From contig JAQGDQ010000147.1 of NCBI GenBank assembly GCA_030141605.1, positions 1 to 64,000 of the forward strand: 64,000 nt of DNA. The letters are read 5' to 3'. Positions 25,501 through 39,000 of the stretch are shown one piece after another (position 1 is the stretch's first letter; the number at the start of each line of letters is the position of its first letter). Both the position numbers and the translations under genes were made by a program. The notes below the pieces were generated by a model, which saw only the letters and a list, made by a program, of their open reading frames with translations, did no database searches and was not told where the DNA came from. The DNA is from Tubiluchus corallicola. Taxonomy: Eukaryota; Animalia; Priapulida.

Positions 25501-28500
25501 AGCATATTTTAAATAAAAAAGTACTGAAATGTTTTGCATTTCTGGTGGCTTACAATGGCAAATAATACAAGAGTATAAACAGAAGTCAAACAGTCTTCTG
25601 AATTATTTTAGCACTTTACAATTCTAAAATTGTCCGATAAATCTAATATATACATATAATATATCAATAGCTTAATCTAGTTTTTTTTTTATTAAAGCCT
25701 GCAAACATTAACTCAATATGTATCGTGATGCGTATAATATCGTGAGGTTAGCGTAGTGATACGTATCATATCGTGACTTGGGTGCGTCGTTAATGGACAA
25801 TCGGCAAATTCAGACCGATGCCTGCCCGCTTTTGCCCAGCATATGAGTGTATATTCTTGGCACATTGTACTAGTGCTGCCATCTATACATGAATTTCTTT
25901 ACAATTATTGTACTCTTTTAACTTTTACATTGCTATTTTTCTTCATAGTACATAATCGGAAAATTAACCTGTTTCTATTTTTAAATTTAAAAAATTAATT
26001 AAACGGGTCAACTAAGGATAAATACATTAGATTAAACTGGTTAGACAAGATCACCCATGGATAAAGTGAAATAGTACCAGGAAAGCAAAAACCTAAAAAA
26101 GCTAAAAAAGTAATAAAAGACAATTCCCTTAGATGCCTAGTTTTCACAGTTTGCCCAAGGGACTGAAATATCTATTAAAATGTATTCTTACCTGCCTTCT
26201 GGCTCATCAACATTATTTTTTGATAATTTTTTCCACTCCAAAGACACGAGGTTCAGCCTAAAAACTTCGGAGTTGTAATGAAAGCCCGTAGTACCTCCAA
26301 TCACGTATAAGCAACTGCCATGAATCGTCATACCCTTTATGAGAACAAGCTATAGATAATTTATCAACAATGGCACTAAAAGCTATTATATAAAAGTGAA
26401 TCAACTCCACACATGTTAAGCAACAGCACAAGTCTTGCGCACCTATAATCATTGATTCCAACATGTCATGGATTGGGCCAGATTAAGCTCATAGCCTCAG
26501 AAAGTTCAGATCATACCTAACTGCTCAAGAATTTTCGTAGCTATGATCATACCCTAGCAGGTGTTCTTAAAATCATTCCTTGCCAAGGACATAGAGAGAA
26601 CAGCTTTGTTCTGTATTCACGCAAGCATGACACTTTCATGCTAGCATACTTGACGATTGAGCTGTGCATCTTTGTCAAGAATTCATGTCCTCAAAAAACA
26701 TACAATAATATTATCACAAAATAAGAATTCACTGCAGCTGCATGCCACAATATAGAGAGAAAATTAGCTGCAAGCCAAGGAGAGAAAAAATAAACCATAC
26801 TTTTGCACGGTTGAAGCAAAAAAACTCACTTACTTTTTCTTAAAATCTAAAATTTCATATCATAAATGCATAAATTCTACCCAACAGCGCAAAACTTTGT
26901 AAACTTTGAAAATACCAACTTGAAAAATTTCATAAAGTTATGCAATTTCACGAAGATTTGTGCAAAAATGTACAGCACCAAGTTTCGCAAATATTGATAC
27001 TGCAATAAACGAAAAGCAGCTTTAGGTGAATAATCTGCTACCAAAGACAATTAAGATGACAACAAATGCAGATCAATAATGACACAAGATAGCAAAAAAA
27101 CAAACCATAATCAGGACACCATTACCTGCCCATATTGCTCAGTAGGGGGCTCCCCAGTGATTTCCACCTTCTTCCATTTCATTGTGTCAAGACTGTAAAG
27201 ATGGACGCTATTGCTATTGTGACTACCAAATGGCCTACCTGTTCCGCCGAACACTAACATGTTTCTCCCTAGGCGTAGTGCTAAAAAGAGAAAATTTATT
27301 CCTTCTTTAAATCAAGTAAGAAAGCAAATGATAACAAAACAGCAAAGAGAATGTAGTTTGTTGCAAATCGCTAAAGCTAGCCACGTAGAAATAGTTCATA
27401 TATTCCGTGTTACGTGACATAACTTATAAATGTTGCACCGGCTATCTAAACCATCATGAGCAGATTCTACATTAAGGTAGTAACTTGCATCCACTCAAAA
27501 TTGTTTCCACCATCTGTGCACAATAAAATTGCTCATATAAATAAATAAAATTCAGAATACTTAAATAAAGTTTGAAGAAAACGCCATTACCAGTGACACT
27601 CACCCGAATGTGATGCTAATTCATATGGCATGGCCAAGTCAGTTATCAACTGTGTCCACACGTGGGTAGAGAGGTTGAATTTCCACAACTAAAAAAATAA
27701 ACAAATACACAAATGAACAAAAAGAGCAATTATTTATTGAAATTTTATTCAATTCAATTTACTATATTTGGCTCGAACTACAAAATAATCTTATAAACAG
27801 AGTGTTCATTAAATGCGCTCTGCTTAGGAATTAATAAAACAATGAAAATGCTCTGGAGACAGCTCTGTAATTGTAGCAGCGACACAATTTTGCACAAAAT
27901 TAAAAATACAGATTTGTAAACTAGACTATTTTAATAGGATTGAAGTTTCAAACGATAAACAAAATTTCAGCATTTATTTATAATAATAGGCAAAAATTGT
28001 CACTAAAACAAAACATGTATTTAACTGAGCAAAAGGTGTCACAAGCTCAGCAACATGAGAAAGGAAACATTGCTAAAAATAAAGATGACATATGAAGATG
28101 CAATACAGATGATAACGTGACAGCTAACCTCCCGAAATAAGGGATAATAGGTTCCGTAATTGTTCTGCACATTTAAAAAAACTGGATTGTAGCCACCGAA
28201 GGAGTACAGGCAAGCATCATCAGTCACGCACCGGTGTCCACTACGAGGTTCTAGCCGTTCTAAAAAAAGAGATGGGGCAGATTGTTCAAATAAACAGTTG
28301 ATTAAAATATGCCTTTATTTTATAAGGTTTTATAAATAGCCCAAAATTGTAAATAAAGCAATTGTTGGAAACTACATGATTAAGTAATGTTTCTCATGGC
28401 TTACAAAAGCTAAAGTTCATCCAATTTTGAAACATGCTTCACCAGAATGGGTGTCAATCTACGTCAAAGTTACACCTGCAATAAAAAGGGTGCAAACCAA

Positions 28501-31500
28501 AGTATGCATTTTGAGGCTTGCTCGGAGGTAGTACATTAGTAGAAATGGAAAAAAATAGTAAATTTGATGGAGATATACAAACTCATGCATAGCATGTATA
28601 AAGCTTGTTCTTTTGAGGTTTTTAAAGCAGCTGCAGTATGTTGGATTGATTGAAAGAGAACTGTATGAAGTTATTCAAGCCATGCTGAAGAAATGACATT
28701 AGGAAGAATTTGTTTCCTCATCGAGTCATTAATACTTGGAAAGTTCTACCAGAAGATGTGAATGCTACAACAAAGCAGAAAAATTAAAATCATGTGCAGT
28801 TCTATGACAACCGTGTGAAGTGAAAAACTCACCAAATATCTGTATCCAAGCATGCAAGTAACTGAGTAGGTAATGCACCCATACAAGTGTACTCTAAATT
28901 CAAATTTATTTCTATACATGCACACATATCACCAATTACAATTACAACAATGCTGATTAGTTACACAGATAAGAAACAGTAAGAACTAAAACACCTTCTA
29001 CTTCTAGTAATTCTAGAAATCAAGATTCAACAGTTAGAAATCGATAAGGGAATGACAGAGAAACAATTGAAAAAGCGAAATATATCGAAATCAGAAGGGC
29101 TAGATGGCATGCACCCACGAATGTTCAGAGAACCAGCAGATGAAATTAAAGACCTCCTAACTAGAATTTTTAACCAATCGCTTGTTGCAGGAGTTTTACC
29201 ACAAAAAGGAAAAGAGGCCAGAATATCTGCAATATATAAGATGGGTAATAGAAAAATGCCAAATAATTATCGCATTGCATCTCTAACAAGCATTGTTAAA
29301 AAGGTAATGGAAAAGTTCTTAAAAGACCACATTCTGGAGTACCTGCTGACAAACAATTTTATTAGTAAAAAGCAATATGGGCTTTTGCAAGGCCGATAAA
29401 CAAGCGTACAGCTCTTACAAGTAATGGAGATACGGACTAAAGCACTGGATTGCGGAGAAAATGTGAATGTCATGTTTAAGAACTTTGAAAAAGCATTTCA
29501 TAGAGTGCTGTCCCAAAAAAGGGTGTTGTGTAAGTTGAGAGCATTGGGATTAACAAAGGCGTAATTATGTGGAAAACTGATTTTTTAAGCAATAGGAAAC
29601 AAAAAGTTATCGCGCGGGGATGTAGCTCAAACTGGCAAAAGGTGGACAGTGGAATTCCATAGGGTAATGTCCTTGGTCTAATATTATTTCTTATCTACAT
29701 CAATGATCTTCTAGAAGAAGTAGTGTCTGAGATCTTTCTGTTTGCGGATGATGCAAAACTGTTCAATGTAATTGATACACAGCAAGATAGAGAAAATGCA
29801 CAAGAAAATCTAAATAGTATGACTAAATGGAGTGAAGATTGGCTGCTAACTTTGCATCCTGGTAAATATAAGGCAATGAATATAATACATAGGAAAGATA
29901 ATAATCCATCTTCTAATCACACGATGGTTAGCGATGAAGTTAATTACCAGATACCGTAGGTTGAGTCAAAGAAAGACACTGGAGTTACTTTTGATAGATT
30001 GTTTACATATCCAGAAAAAGATAAGCAAAGCTAAGCAGATGGTGGGGATAATAACTATAGCTTTTACCGCTGTGGCCCACAGTATGTTCATCTGTCTGTA
30101 TAAAGATGTTTAAAGGAAGACAGGACGATTTTTCATACACTACCCACTCCATTTTCAAGTTCCAAAAAAGTATAGGTTTTAACCCAATTAATATAAAAGT
30201 GTTTTTGATAATTATGGGCAAGCCCAACTAGTGACGACATCACAAACTAACACAGTTTTCAACAGCAAAAACTTTCCACATGCGTTGCACGCATTTGCAA
30301 AAGCGAAAATTGAAGAGCAGTGCTACTGTTACAGATTCAATGTGTTGTACTAAATCTCGGCATGGTTTAAGATAAAAATTCAAATTTACCGCTGTGCTCA
30401 TGCATGAGCTGTAGAACGTGTGTAGTACATCACAAACTAACACATCTGAACTACGAGGTACAGCATCTGTTTTGGTAGTAATTCTTTCACTTTTGAAAAA
30501 ATAGTATGTTTCCTTCCAATATTTTAGTTGATTGTTTTGACCTACAGTTTAAGGTTGGGTCTAGTTTTGCTTCAAGGCCCCATGTCAAGATCAGTGTGGC
30601 ACCCATCAATGGTCAAATATATCGGACAGCTGAAACAGGTACAAAGATATGCAACAGAAAGCTTAGTGACTTGAGAGAATTATCGTATACTGGCCTGTTG
30701 AAGTTCCTTAAATTGCCAACACCAGCATATAGGAGACTGTGAGGTGACATGATAGAGGCTTATAAAATCTTAATGAATATATATGATACAGCTGTATGCC
30801 CACAGTTGCAATAGAGATCGCAGGTGGCCAGATTGATTACCAGAAGTCATTCATTAAAGCTATACAAGTTCAGATCTAATGAGTGCATAGGACTGAATCG
30901 TTCTTCTCACAGAATTGTAGATGTGTGGAATAGTTTACCTAACGATGTCATATGAGCACCAAGTGTAGATTTATTTAAGAAAAGGTTGGAGAAGCACTAG
31001 GCTGGGAAACAGATAGTCTACAATTCCAAGGCCCCCTTCAAGGATACGGATACGAATATATACATACAATTTGGCCAAAAGAATACTCTGCCAAAACAAC
31101 ATAAGATATAATGAGGTAACGTAAGTAACCCGAGCTACATTGTTGTAAAATTTCATTTTATTTTGATCATTTCTTCTTAGAAAATTCTGCATTAATTTTT
31201 GGTAACACTTCACCACACTCACCTTCGCTGACGTATATTGTTTGACGTGTAATTTAAATATATAAATAAACTGAAGTGACTTAAGAAAAAAATCTCTGAA
31301 TCATTTAATGTCTTGAACTCTTGTAATGTTACCTAACCAACTTCGTCGTCTTCCGCTTCAACAATCAGTTAATATAAGTTTTATAAAAATTACAATAATC
31401 TCACCCGCAGACTTAGTAGAACTTTTCACCTTTGTGGGTGAAACCAAGAAAAATTTGCCGAAAATGTTTTCATTATTTAGACGATTCCCGGGCTCCGCCA

Positions 31501-31501
31501 T
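22556..31501 (-). CDS. KLHDC10: Kelch domain-containing protein 10 (CRL2 substrate receptor)
   Basis: Exons 31405-31501 (MAEPGNRL...), 28129-28259, 27604-27688, 27126-27280, 26192-26334, 23626-23825, 23157-23296, 22556-22774; 1170 nt = 389 aa + stop, all GT-AG. Motifs match KLHDC10 as I know it: PRSGHRCV, YSFGGYNP...YPLFRELW, FGGTGRPFG, GGTTGFHY, RYRHELA, FPQARRCHS, MPVPVYFH, ENKRT, VPKLEEICW. Exon 1 is the least certain. Confidence 0.93.
23969..24040 (-). pseudogene. tRNA-like sequence (tRNA pseudogene or SINE head)
   Basis: Minus strand GAACTAG TAGCTAAACTGGCAGAG ... TCTGG TTCAAGT CCTGA CTAGTCC A: A-box, B-box (GGTTCAAGTCC), 6/7 acceptor stem, imperfect T-arm, irregular anticodon arm. Confidence 0.55.
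24995..25138. mobile_element. Fragment of a dispersed MITE-like repeat (copy 1)
   Basis: ggagttatttgagtcaa...tttttgagacaattaggcaattgactcta...gcacctaatgta aligns by eye with 55755-55873. Confidence 0.65.
25166..25792. mobile_element. hAT-like MITE with GATAC/GTATC subterminal repeats (copy 1)
   Basis: Begins TAGGCCTGTAACGATAC; repeated gatacg/gtatcg at both ends in opposite orientation; internal segment tctag(t)n...aaacattaactc shared with 39044-39080. Confidence 0.65.
29020..31060 (+). mobile_element. Decayed 5'-truncated CR1-clade LINE (reverse transcriptase), antisense in KLHDC10 intron 1
   Basis: KSEGLDGMHPRM, NYRIASLTSIVKKVME, KQYG, FEKAF, SGIP*GNVLG, LFADDAKLF, LHPGK, RPH...SVWHP, QVQRYAT, LPTPAYRRL*GDMIEAYK, WNSLP; multiple stops and frameshifts. 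Confidence 0.9.
30110..30575. mobile_element. About 460-bp insertion nested in the CR1 element (possible TTAA-targeting DNA element)
   Basis: RT homology stops at ...CLYKDV (about 30112) and resumes at RPH (about 30575); left end TTAA-AGGAAGAC, right end weakly inverted (GTTTTGCT-TCAA). Confidence 0.55.
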
Positions 31502-33061
31502 ACTGCAAATAATAATTCATTTCAGTTAAATTTTATTTGCTCAAAACGTATTAGCACTGATCAGATTACAATTTTTTACAGTGCCATCAGGACCTGAAGT
31601 TCAACTCGTGTACTGTCCTTTCTCATATTCATTTTAAATTTATCGATAGATGGTGCATTTAGCAAAACACTTACAATTCATACAATGTTAAATATTACAT
31701 ACATATAAAATTAATTCATATAAGCTTTGTGCGAAAAGTTACTTTTTGTAGACAGTGATTGTAATAATTATCTGTTTAATCGTATATTAACATGGTTAAG
31801 TTAGTTACCTAATTGAAATGTAGTACACATTTATACAAGAATGACAATTAAATATTCTTTACCCGCAATGAAAGAAATGAATAATGGCATAAGAGTAGCA
31901 TGTGTTCCAGCTATTTAAATAAAAATTTATGAAGAATAAGTAATGGTCAAAAACAATTATATTCAGCTGCTGTAATACTATCTATCTATTTTTTCGCCTA
32001 TATAGTTTTACAGCAAAAGTTTTTGTTAAGTATTAAATAATTGTAATCATTGAACAAAGCAGGGGATCATGATCGAGAGACCAAAGGGCCATCTAGTGTC
32101 CTGCCCTTTCATATAGTTAGATAGTTATATTAAAAATAAATGGCGAAGCTCCAGATAGCAAAATCAAATAAGAAGAAAAAATCGTGCAAATTGTAAAAAA
32201 AACTAAAAACAAAAAATAGCAGAATGAAGTCAAATACATAAAACTAAGTAAAAGAAAGCAATTTTGGGGAGAACAAAAGGTTTATAAGCAACATAATAAA
32301 CTAGAATCAGTAAGTATGAAATAAAACATTGAATCAAACTGAAATAAAACGAATGATGAGTAATTCATTAATTGCAACAAAATAATAAAGGTAAGTCATA
32401 ACTATTAATTTAATCAAATTTAACAAAATCAGTAATAATTAGAGGACTCGGCAAGAAACAATGAAAGGGACAACAAAATGTACATGTAAAAAATAATTAT
32501 ATCTATATGGCGTTGCATGGTTTCGGCAAAAAATAAAAAATGATAAGTGCAGTACTGATTTCTTCTTCCCTGTGGATTGGTCTGTAAAATAACAAAAAGC
32601 AAGTAGTAAACTATTCATTAGGTAATATCATAGATTTAGATAAACCATGCGCACCCAAGGACGCACCATCTAATTCCATGGGTAATATATAATTACACAA
32701 ACACGTTTAATATATCACAACTTTTAAGCAGTTTAGTAATCATTGAAAATGTCTAGGTATAGCTAGTGTTATATCTTTATTTTTCTTATCTAACTAAAAA
32801 GTTTTTAAATATTAGGTTTTCCAAAATGAATAATATCTTGTTGAATATAACTGTTAAACAGCCACATGAGAGAGGTGGTATTTTTGGAGAAAAAAGTTAG
32901 GCTGTGACGTTTATTTTCATAATTGTTTCATATTTTTCATAATTCATAATAATTTTCAGAAAAAAGTGGGCAGTCATAAATAAAGTGCATTTCATCTTTT
33001 TTAAATTTTTATGTTTTTAGAGGAGGAAAATAAAAACATATATTTCACTTTCTTCCAATAG

Positions 33062-36000
33062 ATGCCGCTAAACCAACAGGAACAACCAATCCATAAATGT
33101 CCAGGCACTACGGCAGGCATGGCGTCGGCTGTTTCTACAGCGTCAGTATCTATATTACCAAATTCTACTCCGCGTAAAGTAAGATCTTTGCTATCATCTT
33201 TTGTATGCGAAGAAACTTCTGCTGAAAGCAATGATGCTAGGTATGTTGTTAAAACAACATCTGAGGTATTAATTTAATTTTATGGAACTGTGGTTCTGTC
33301 AAGTAGTACTAGGTCTGGCATCGCTAGATGGTTGTGATAAACTGCGAATTGACTAATCATCACTATTACTAGATTACATTAGGCGTAGACCGAATCATCT
33401 ATCATGAATACTGTTGATAGCGTTGGTTGTGTGTTTCAACTTTTATAGTACAATAGTAGTAGTAAGTTTTACATTGTACAAGAACAGCGGTATTTCATAT
33501 AATTATAGAAGAACTATATGAGATGTGAAATTATGATATTAGTTTATTTAGTATCTTAAAAAAGTTCATTTTTAATTTTATTTAGGAATCATGGAAATAA
33601 TGTGAAAAAAGAAAAAACAAAACGTGAGCTATCAGATCCAGACAGTCTTGTTAGTTTTCTGCAGCGGGTTCACACATTTTCTGTATCCTTTTCTGCATAT
33701 GTCTTTGCTTGTTAGAATGAACATTTTGCATTATTTGAGGACATGTACACCATGACTATCCCTGTCATTCCTAAAACATGGTAGGCTGTGGACTTTGCAA
33801 GCAAATCTATGTATCCTCAGTCTGCTTACATGTTTACATATCTTCTGGTAACCACAGAGATTGATGCAGACTCACAGGTTTGCACAGATTTATGCCAATC
33901 TGTACAAATGCAATCACGTATGCACAAAGTCAGGCAGAACTGTCAGAGTCACACAGGTTTACATCAGTTTAAAAAGTTTCCTAAAAACTAGTGCTACTGA
34001 TTTGTGCAAATACTCATATACTTGCACTCAGGTCATTTCAGTGTTTTACATGTCATTATATACTTTAAAGTTACTAAATTTAGCTGTTCATGCTTTCCTT
34101 AAATATATTCGTTACAGTTGGTGAACTGGTTTGGCAAGCCACCAGAATTGGTGCCTCCGGAATGTGCCAGATATGGCTGGATGTGTACACATGCAGACAT
34201 GCTAAAATGCACTAGTTGTAATCAGATGCTTTGTGCCAAGTTGCCTCTTGCAAGCGATCTATTCAACTGTAAGCTGTTGCTCGTTCAAATATGTCTTGCT
34301 AAAATTTAGGTGTGCTTTTCACTGAGACTAGAGGGGCTTTATGGGTCTATTCCTTGAAATAGGAAAGTCATAACAACTGAGTGTAGCAGCATAGCTAGAT
34401 TAGGGTGCTAACAAATTTATTTTTTACCTTTATTAGCCATAAAAAATCACCAACAAGCCTTTTTGCAACTTTCTTCTTTCAAAAGAGATTTTTGTTGATC
34501 AGCTGATAATATTAGCCTAGTACTAGTTTTCAAAAAAGTGGAGCCCTCGGGGCATTTTTTTAAAGTGTGCAACATAGCCAGTGTTATCAATTTGGCTATG
34601 CTGAATCCGGAAAAAGCTGCTGCCACCTCGAAAAATTGGAGGAAGATGGTCAAAAACACAAAAAACAAATGACTGCAAGTATTTGCACATACTACATAAT
34701 TCAAAAGAAATTTGAAGAAAATTAATATTATGAGGTGTATTATGACATCTATTTCAGGGTAGTTGTATCCAATGAATCTATTTCTGTTACTTTTATTTCA
34801 AAAGTGGCCGCCACTTTCAAAATAGTCACCGCACAAAACGAAATCATAAGGTGTTTTTATTGAAACCATTTGAAAATCATGCATTTCAGCACGCTGCAAG
34901 CCAAAAGTCCAGCACTCACTGGCACAGCCTACTACTTCTAATGTTGATCTATTGTGACAGTACCAGAGCCTAAAGATAGTCTTCTATTGGAACACTGAGT
35001 CAGCAGCGGTGTCTTAGCCGTAATCTGATGTGTGTAAATTTTCTTTCATTGAGGAAAATACTTTGAGGCAGCGTGATAAAAAGACACCTCTTAGAAGAAA
35101 CCTTTCTAGTGGTCATCTTTTCTAACCGCGCCGATTGCTGCTTAACTTTCGTACTTATAGGCCTGATCATTTATTTTTGTTTCAACATTGCACCTTTGTG
35201 TCTTTACAATTACAACTAAGATTGGCTGTTAACACTTATACTTCCTTATATTTGGCTGTCTGACTGGGACAACTGAGCCTTAAGCGTTACATTGTATTGG
35301 TCAACTATATGCTCGTTTGAAACATTTCTTAACTCTAAGGTTTTGACTTGGACATTAACTGTTTTTGATTGTAGATTCAAGAGCATGCAGCAAGGTGGTG
35401 ATATCTCTGAAGACAGAGCACAGCAGTTTCTGTCCATGGCCATTCCATCCAAGCCCAGGTAAAACATACAAAAGAGACAGTATCATTTTTATTGTGAATA
35501 TGAGTATGGCATAAGATGATGGTTCTCAGCAACTTGTTTTATCATAACTTTTGTGTCATATTAATTGCAAGCTAATGTACTATAAGTCTCTGCTCATTTT
35601 AATTCTCTCAGGTTTGAACATTTTTGTATAAAGTTTATATAGGCTCAAATTTCCAGAAGTCACGTCATCTTTAGTGTTGGGTTATTACTTTCGAAAAGTA
35701 ATTTGTTATGATTACTAATTACTTCTGAAAAATTGTAATCATGTTACTCATTACTGATTACTTTTAGCAATTGTAATCCCTTACTGATTACTCATTACAT
35801 ATTTGTGTTAGTTTGAATGATACATTGACAAAAGGTGTGCATCTGTTTGGCTTTAGTGAAATCAGAACATGTATGCCTAAATCTGTCATAATTTTCCAGC
35901 AAAATTAACTGCAACATTTTCACTGACAAGTTATGAAATTTCATTAGTGCAGACTGCTGCGATGGTGTCACAATAACAGGTGTTGTAAACAGCTTAGTGA

Positions 36001-39000
36001 AATTTATAATGATCAGAAAAACAATGCTAATAATATCTAACCTTAAGTAATGGCATATGGCCATGATACTGACTTTACGAGCCACTTAGATTGTCTTACT
36101 GTATGTTAACCCTGCACATGACCAAGCATTGTATATATGAAACAATCAGCTACAGCTGTAAAAGATGATGCAGTCAGTCTGAATGTCAAATAAGGTCATT
36201 ATTTGAGCATTGTAACAACCCGCCATGTAAGTGAAAGTGAGCGTAGTATTAAACGCAAGTGCATACAGGCATTTGCGACAGAGATAAGCAAAAGGAAGGC
36301 GGCTAAACGATCACAATTGCCTATGCTTAAAATGTTATTCTTGGTTAGATAAGTAATGCAGGTTTAGTACTGTTGCTACCAAAATAACAAGTATATTGAT
36401 TACAAGACTAAACAGAGTGATTGTGTTAAATTACTCATTGCTATAAAAAGTAATGTGATTATAGTAAGACATTACTACCTCACACTTCATCCTGATACAT
36501 ACTGTGAAGGTTATGAATGTTCTTCCAAATGTTTCTTAATTGAGAATTGCTTTGTATTTTCAGAACACTTTCGTCAGTTATCATTCACCAAAGATGATGC
36601 TCTGAGCACATTTATACACAGTTTCAGTGATCTGCTTAAATTAGAGACAAATGCTCCATCATTGAGATCACAGGTCCAACAGGAAATGGTATACAAAAAA
36701 ACCTTTGGCCAAACTTGTTTCTGATGTAGGGCTATCAATAGCTTCATATTCATATTATGTTATAGTCATATAACATACCAATGTGATGATAATTATTTTT
36801 GTGACGCTATTAAGTAAAGCAAAATCTTGAATTTCACTGGGCTCCTTGTGTACGTATTGCATAATCCATTATTTGTTTCCATGTGTGCGTATTAGCAAAG
36901 CTCATGCCACTGTTTCAGCTATTTTTAGTTGCTGTTTGTGAAAAATTCACAATAATCCGTGAAAGTCATGCACCTACGGAAATTTTAGTGTGACGGAAAT
37001 CAGTAAGAAATAAATACACTGATAGCATTAGCTTATTATTTTATTACATTGGAAAAAGCACAAGTTTTGGTGCATAGCATTTTTGTCAGTGAAAATAGTC
37101 ACCTCAAATTAGAAAGCTCCACAAATTGCTAAATAATCAGGTAGCCGTGGCTTCTAGTCTGCGTATTGGTGCACTATTCTGGAAAAGCGCGATCACTTTC
37201 GCGTGAATGCGAATCATGCTTTTACAGCACATTGCTTGCACATGGAGACATCATGTGTTAGAATAAAAATGGTTGTGTACATGTCACACATCATGCATAT
37301 ACATGGAATCATGCTTTTAAGCTGATAAAAAAACAATTTTAAATCGTGATTAGTTTCACAGTAAATGTAGTTATCCTGAAAAATCATTAATTGCAGGGTT
37401 TATCAGAAACAGTATTAGAAGAACTAAGGAAACTAGCTGTCAATGATGACACAGCTGATATTAGTGAAGAACTGCAACTGTCATGCATAATATTGTCTCT
37501 TGCTGGTTGGGAAATTCTACGGTGAGTCATTGAAAATTTCTGAAACTTCACTTGATTTAGTGACTCGTTTCTTTTTTGTTGCAATTTACATGTAAAATTA
37601 CAGAAAAATGTGTGCAAGGGAAAAATGTGCAGCATTTTCTATCCTGTTCAAAGAATTAAAACTTGTCGGGTTGAGATCAAGAAATAAATAAATGCAGTTT
37701 TCGTGATGAATTATTAGAAAACGTAAAACTGACAAAATGCTCATCTAATTTTGTGCTTATGCATCGATCCATCGTTAACTTAACCAATGTATTGACTGGA
37801 AACAGTTCAAAAACTTTATTAGATCATGGAAAACTGGCTAACTTTCTACATTTAAGAATTTTTTAAAAACAATGTCGATTCACACAACAAACTACGGTTC
37901 TTTGTGAAACTTGACAATCAGAAAACGCAGTGCCACTTTTTAAATAACACGTATTGTTTCTTGGTGTTGTGATTGTTGAGAAATAATCATTTGTAAGAAA
38001 ACCACTTATAAATACTTAACTGCTGTCAGTACTTTGTCCAGATTTATTCACTTTTTAGTTATTTAGTCAAGAAGTTTTAGAAACATTGCCACCTAACTGA
38101 CACCTCTTCTGTTTTCATTCCAACTTATGCGAGAATTGTTGTAGTCGTTACGTCTTTATTTTCAACACTTTCTTGCATTGAAGGTGAAGATTTCTGCTAG
38201 CACATCTCCATTTATTCCAGGTTAGACAGGCGCAATTCGGCAGCAGTCCACTGCGGTTACTGCAGCCGTCAGGTCGGCTTATGGAACTTTGCTCAACTGA
38301 ACTCTGCAATTGACCTAACAGCTGCCATGGAAAAGTGTGACAGTGAAGAGACAGATGAACCAAACAGCAAAAGACAGAAAATGGTAAATTACGTAGACTG
38401 CTTTTATTTCAGCTGTAGTAAAAAATAAATTGTTTATATGAAGCTGTTTCAGCAGTGCACCTTTGGGCCCAATCATTTGAGATTAATAATCAAATTATTG
38501 TGATCAACAGTGATAGTGATGTGATCAGTTGGCCTATAGGGATATATCAATGTATCGATGCATCATGATATCTTTATGACGATATTCATTCACCTTAGTG
38601 TACCAGGTAATCTGAGTCAATGAATTTAGCAAATTAGCATGTGGTTGACCATATATTGACAAAAACAGTGTGAAGCAATGTGTGTGCAACTGTGAAGTCT
38701 ACTCTAGATATATAACAGTCAGTGCAGTGAACAGTAGTTGACTTAACACAGGCACTGCTAGTAGCCAAAGCAGTTGAAAACGCAACCTGTAGTAGGCTAA
38801 ATATGTTATTGATGTATAAACTTGTAATATGGCAAAAGTGAACCAGAAAGTGCACAGGCAACTTTTAAGCCTAAAGTCTTGATATATTTTGCTTTTCTGG
38901 TGGCTTGCGATGCAAACAATAGTCTACACATTAGACAAGTGATAAATAAAAATGGAATAGTTTATGGAGTTATTTAACATTTAGTAATCCGAAAAAACTG

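Noticed and set aside
29052-29959. RT ORF pieces as a functional or domesticated reverse transcriptase
   Set aside because: Multiple stops and frameshifts, no endonuclease domain, interrupted by an insertion
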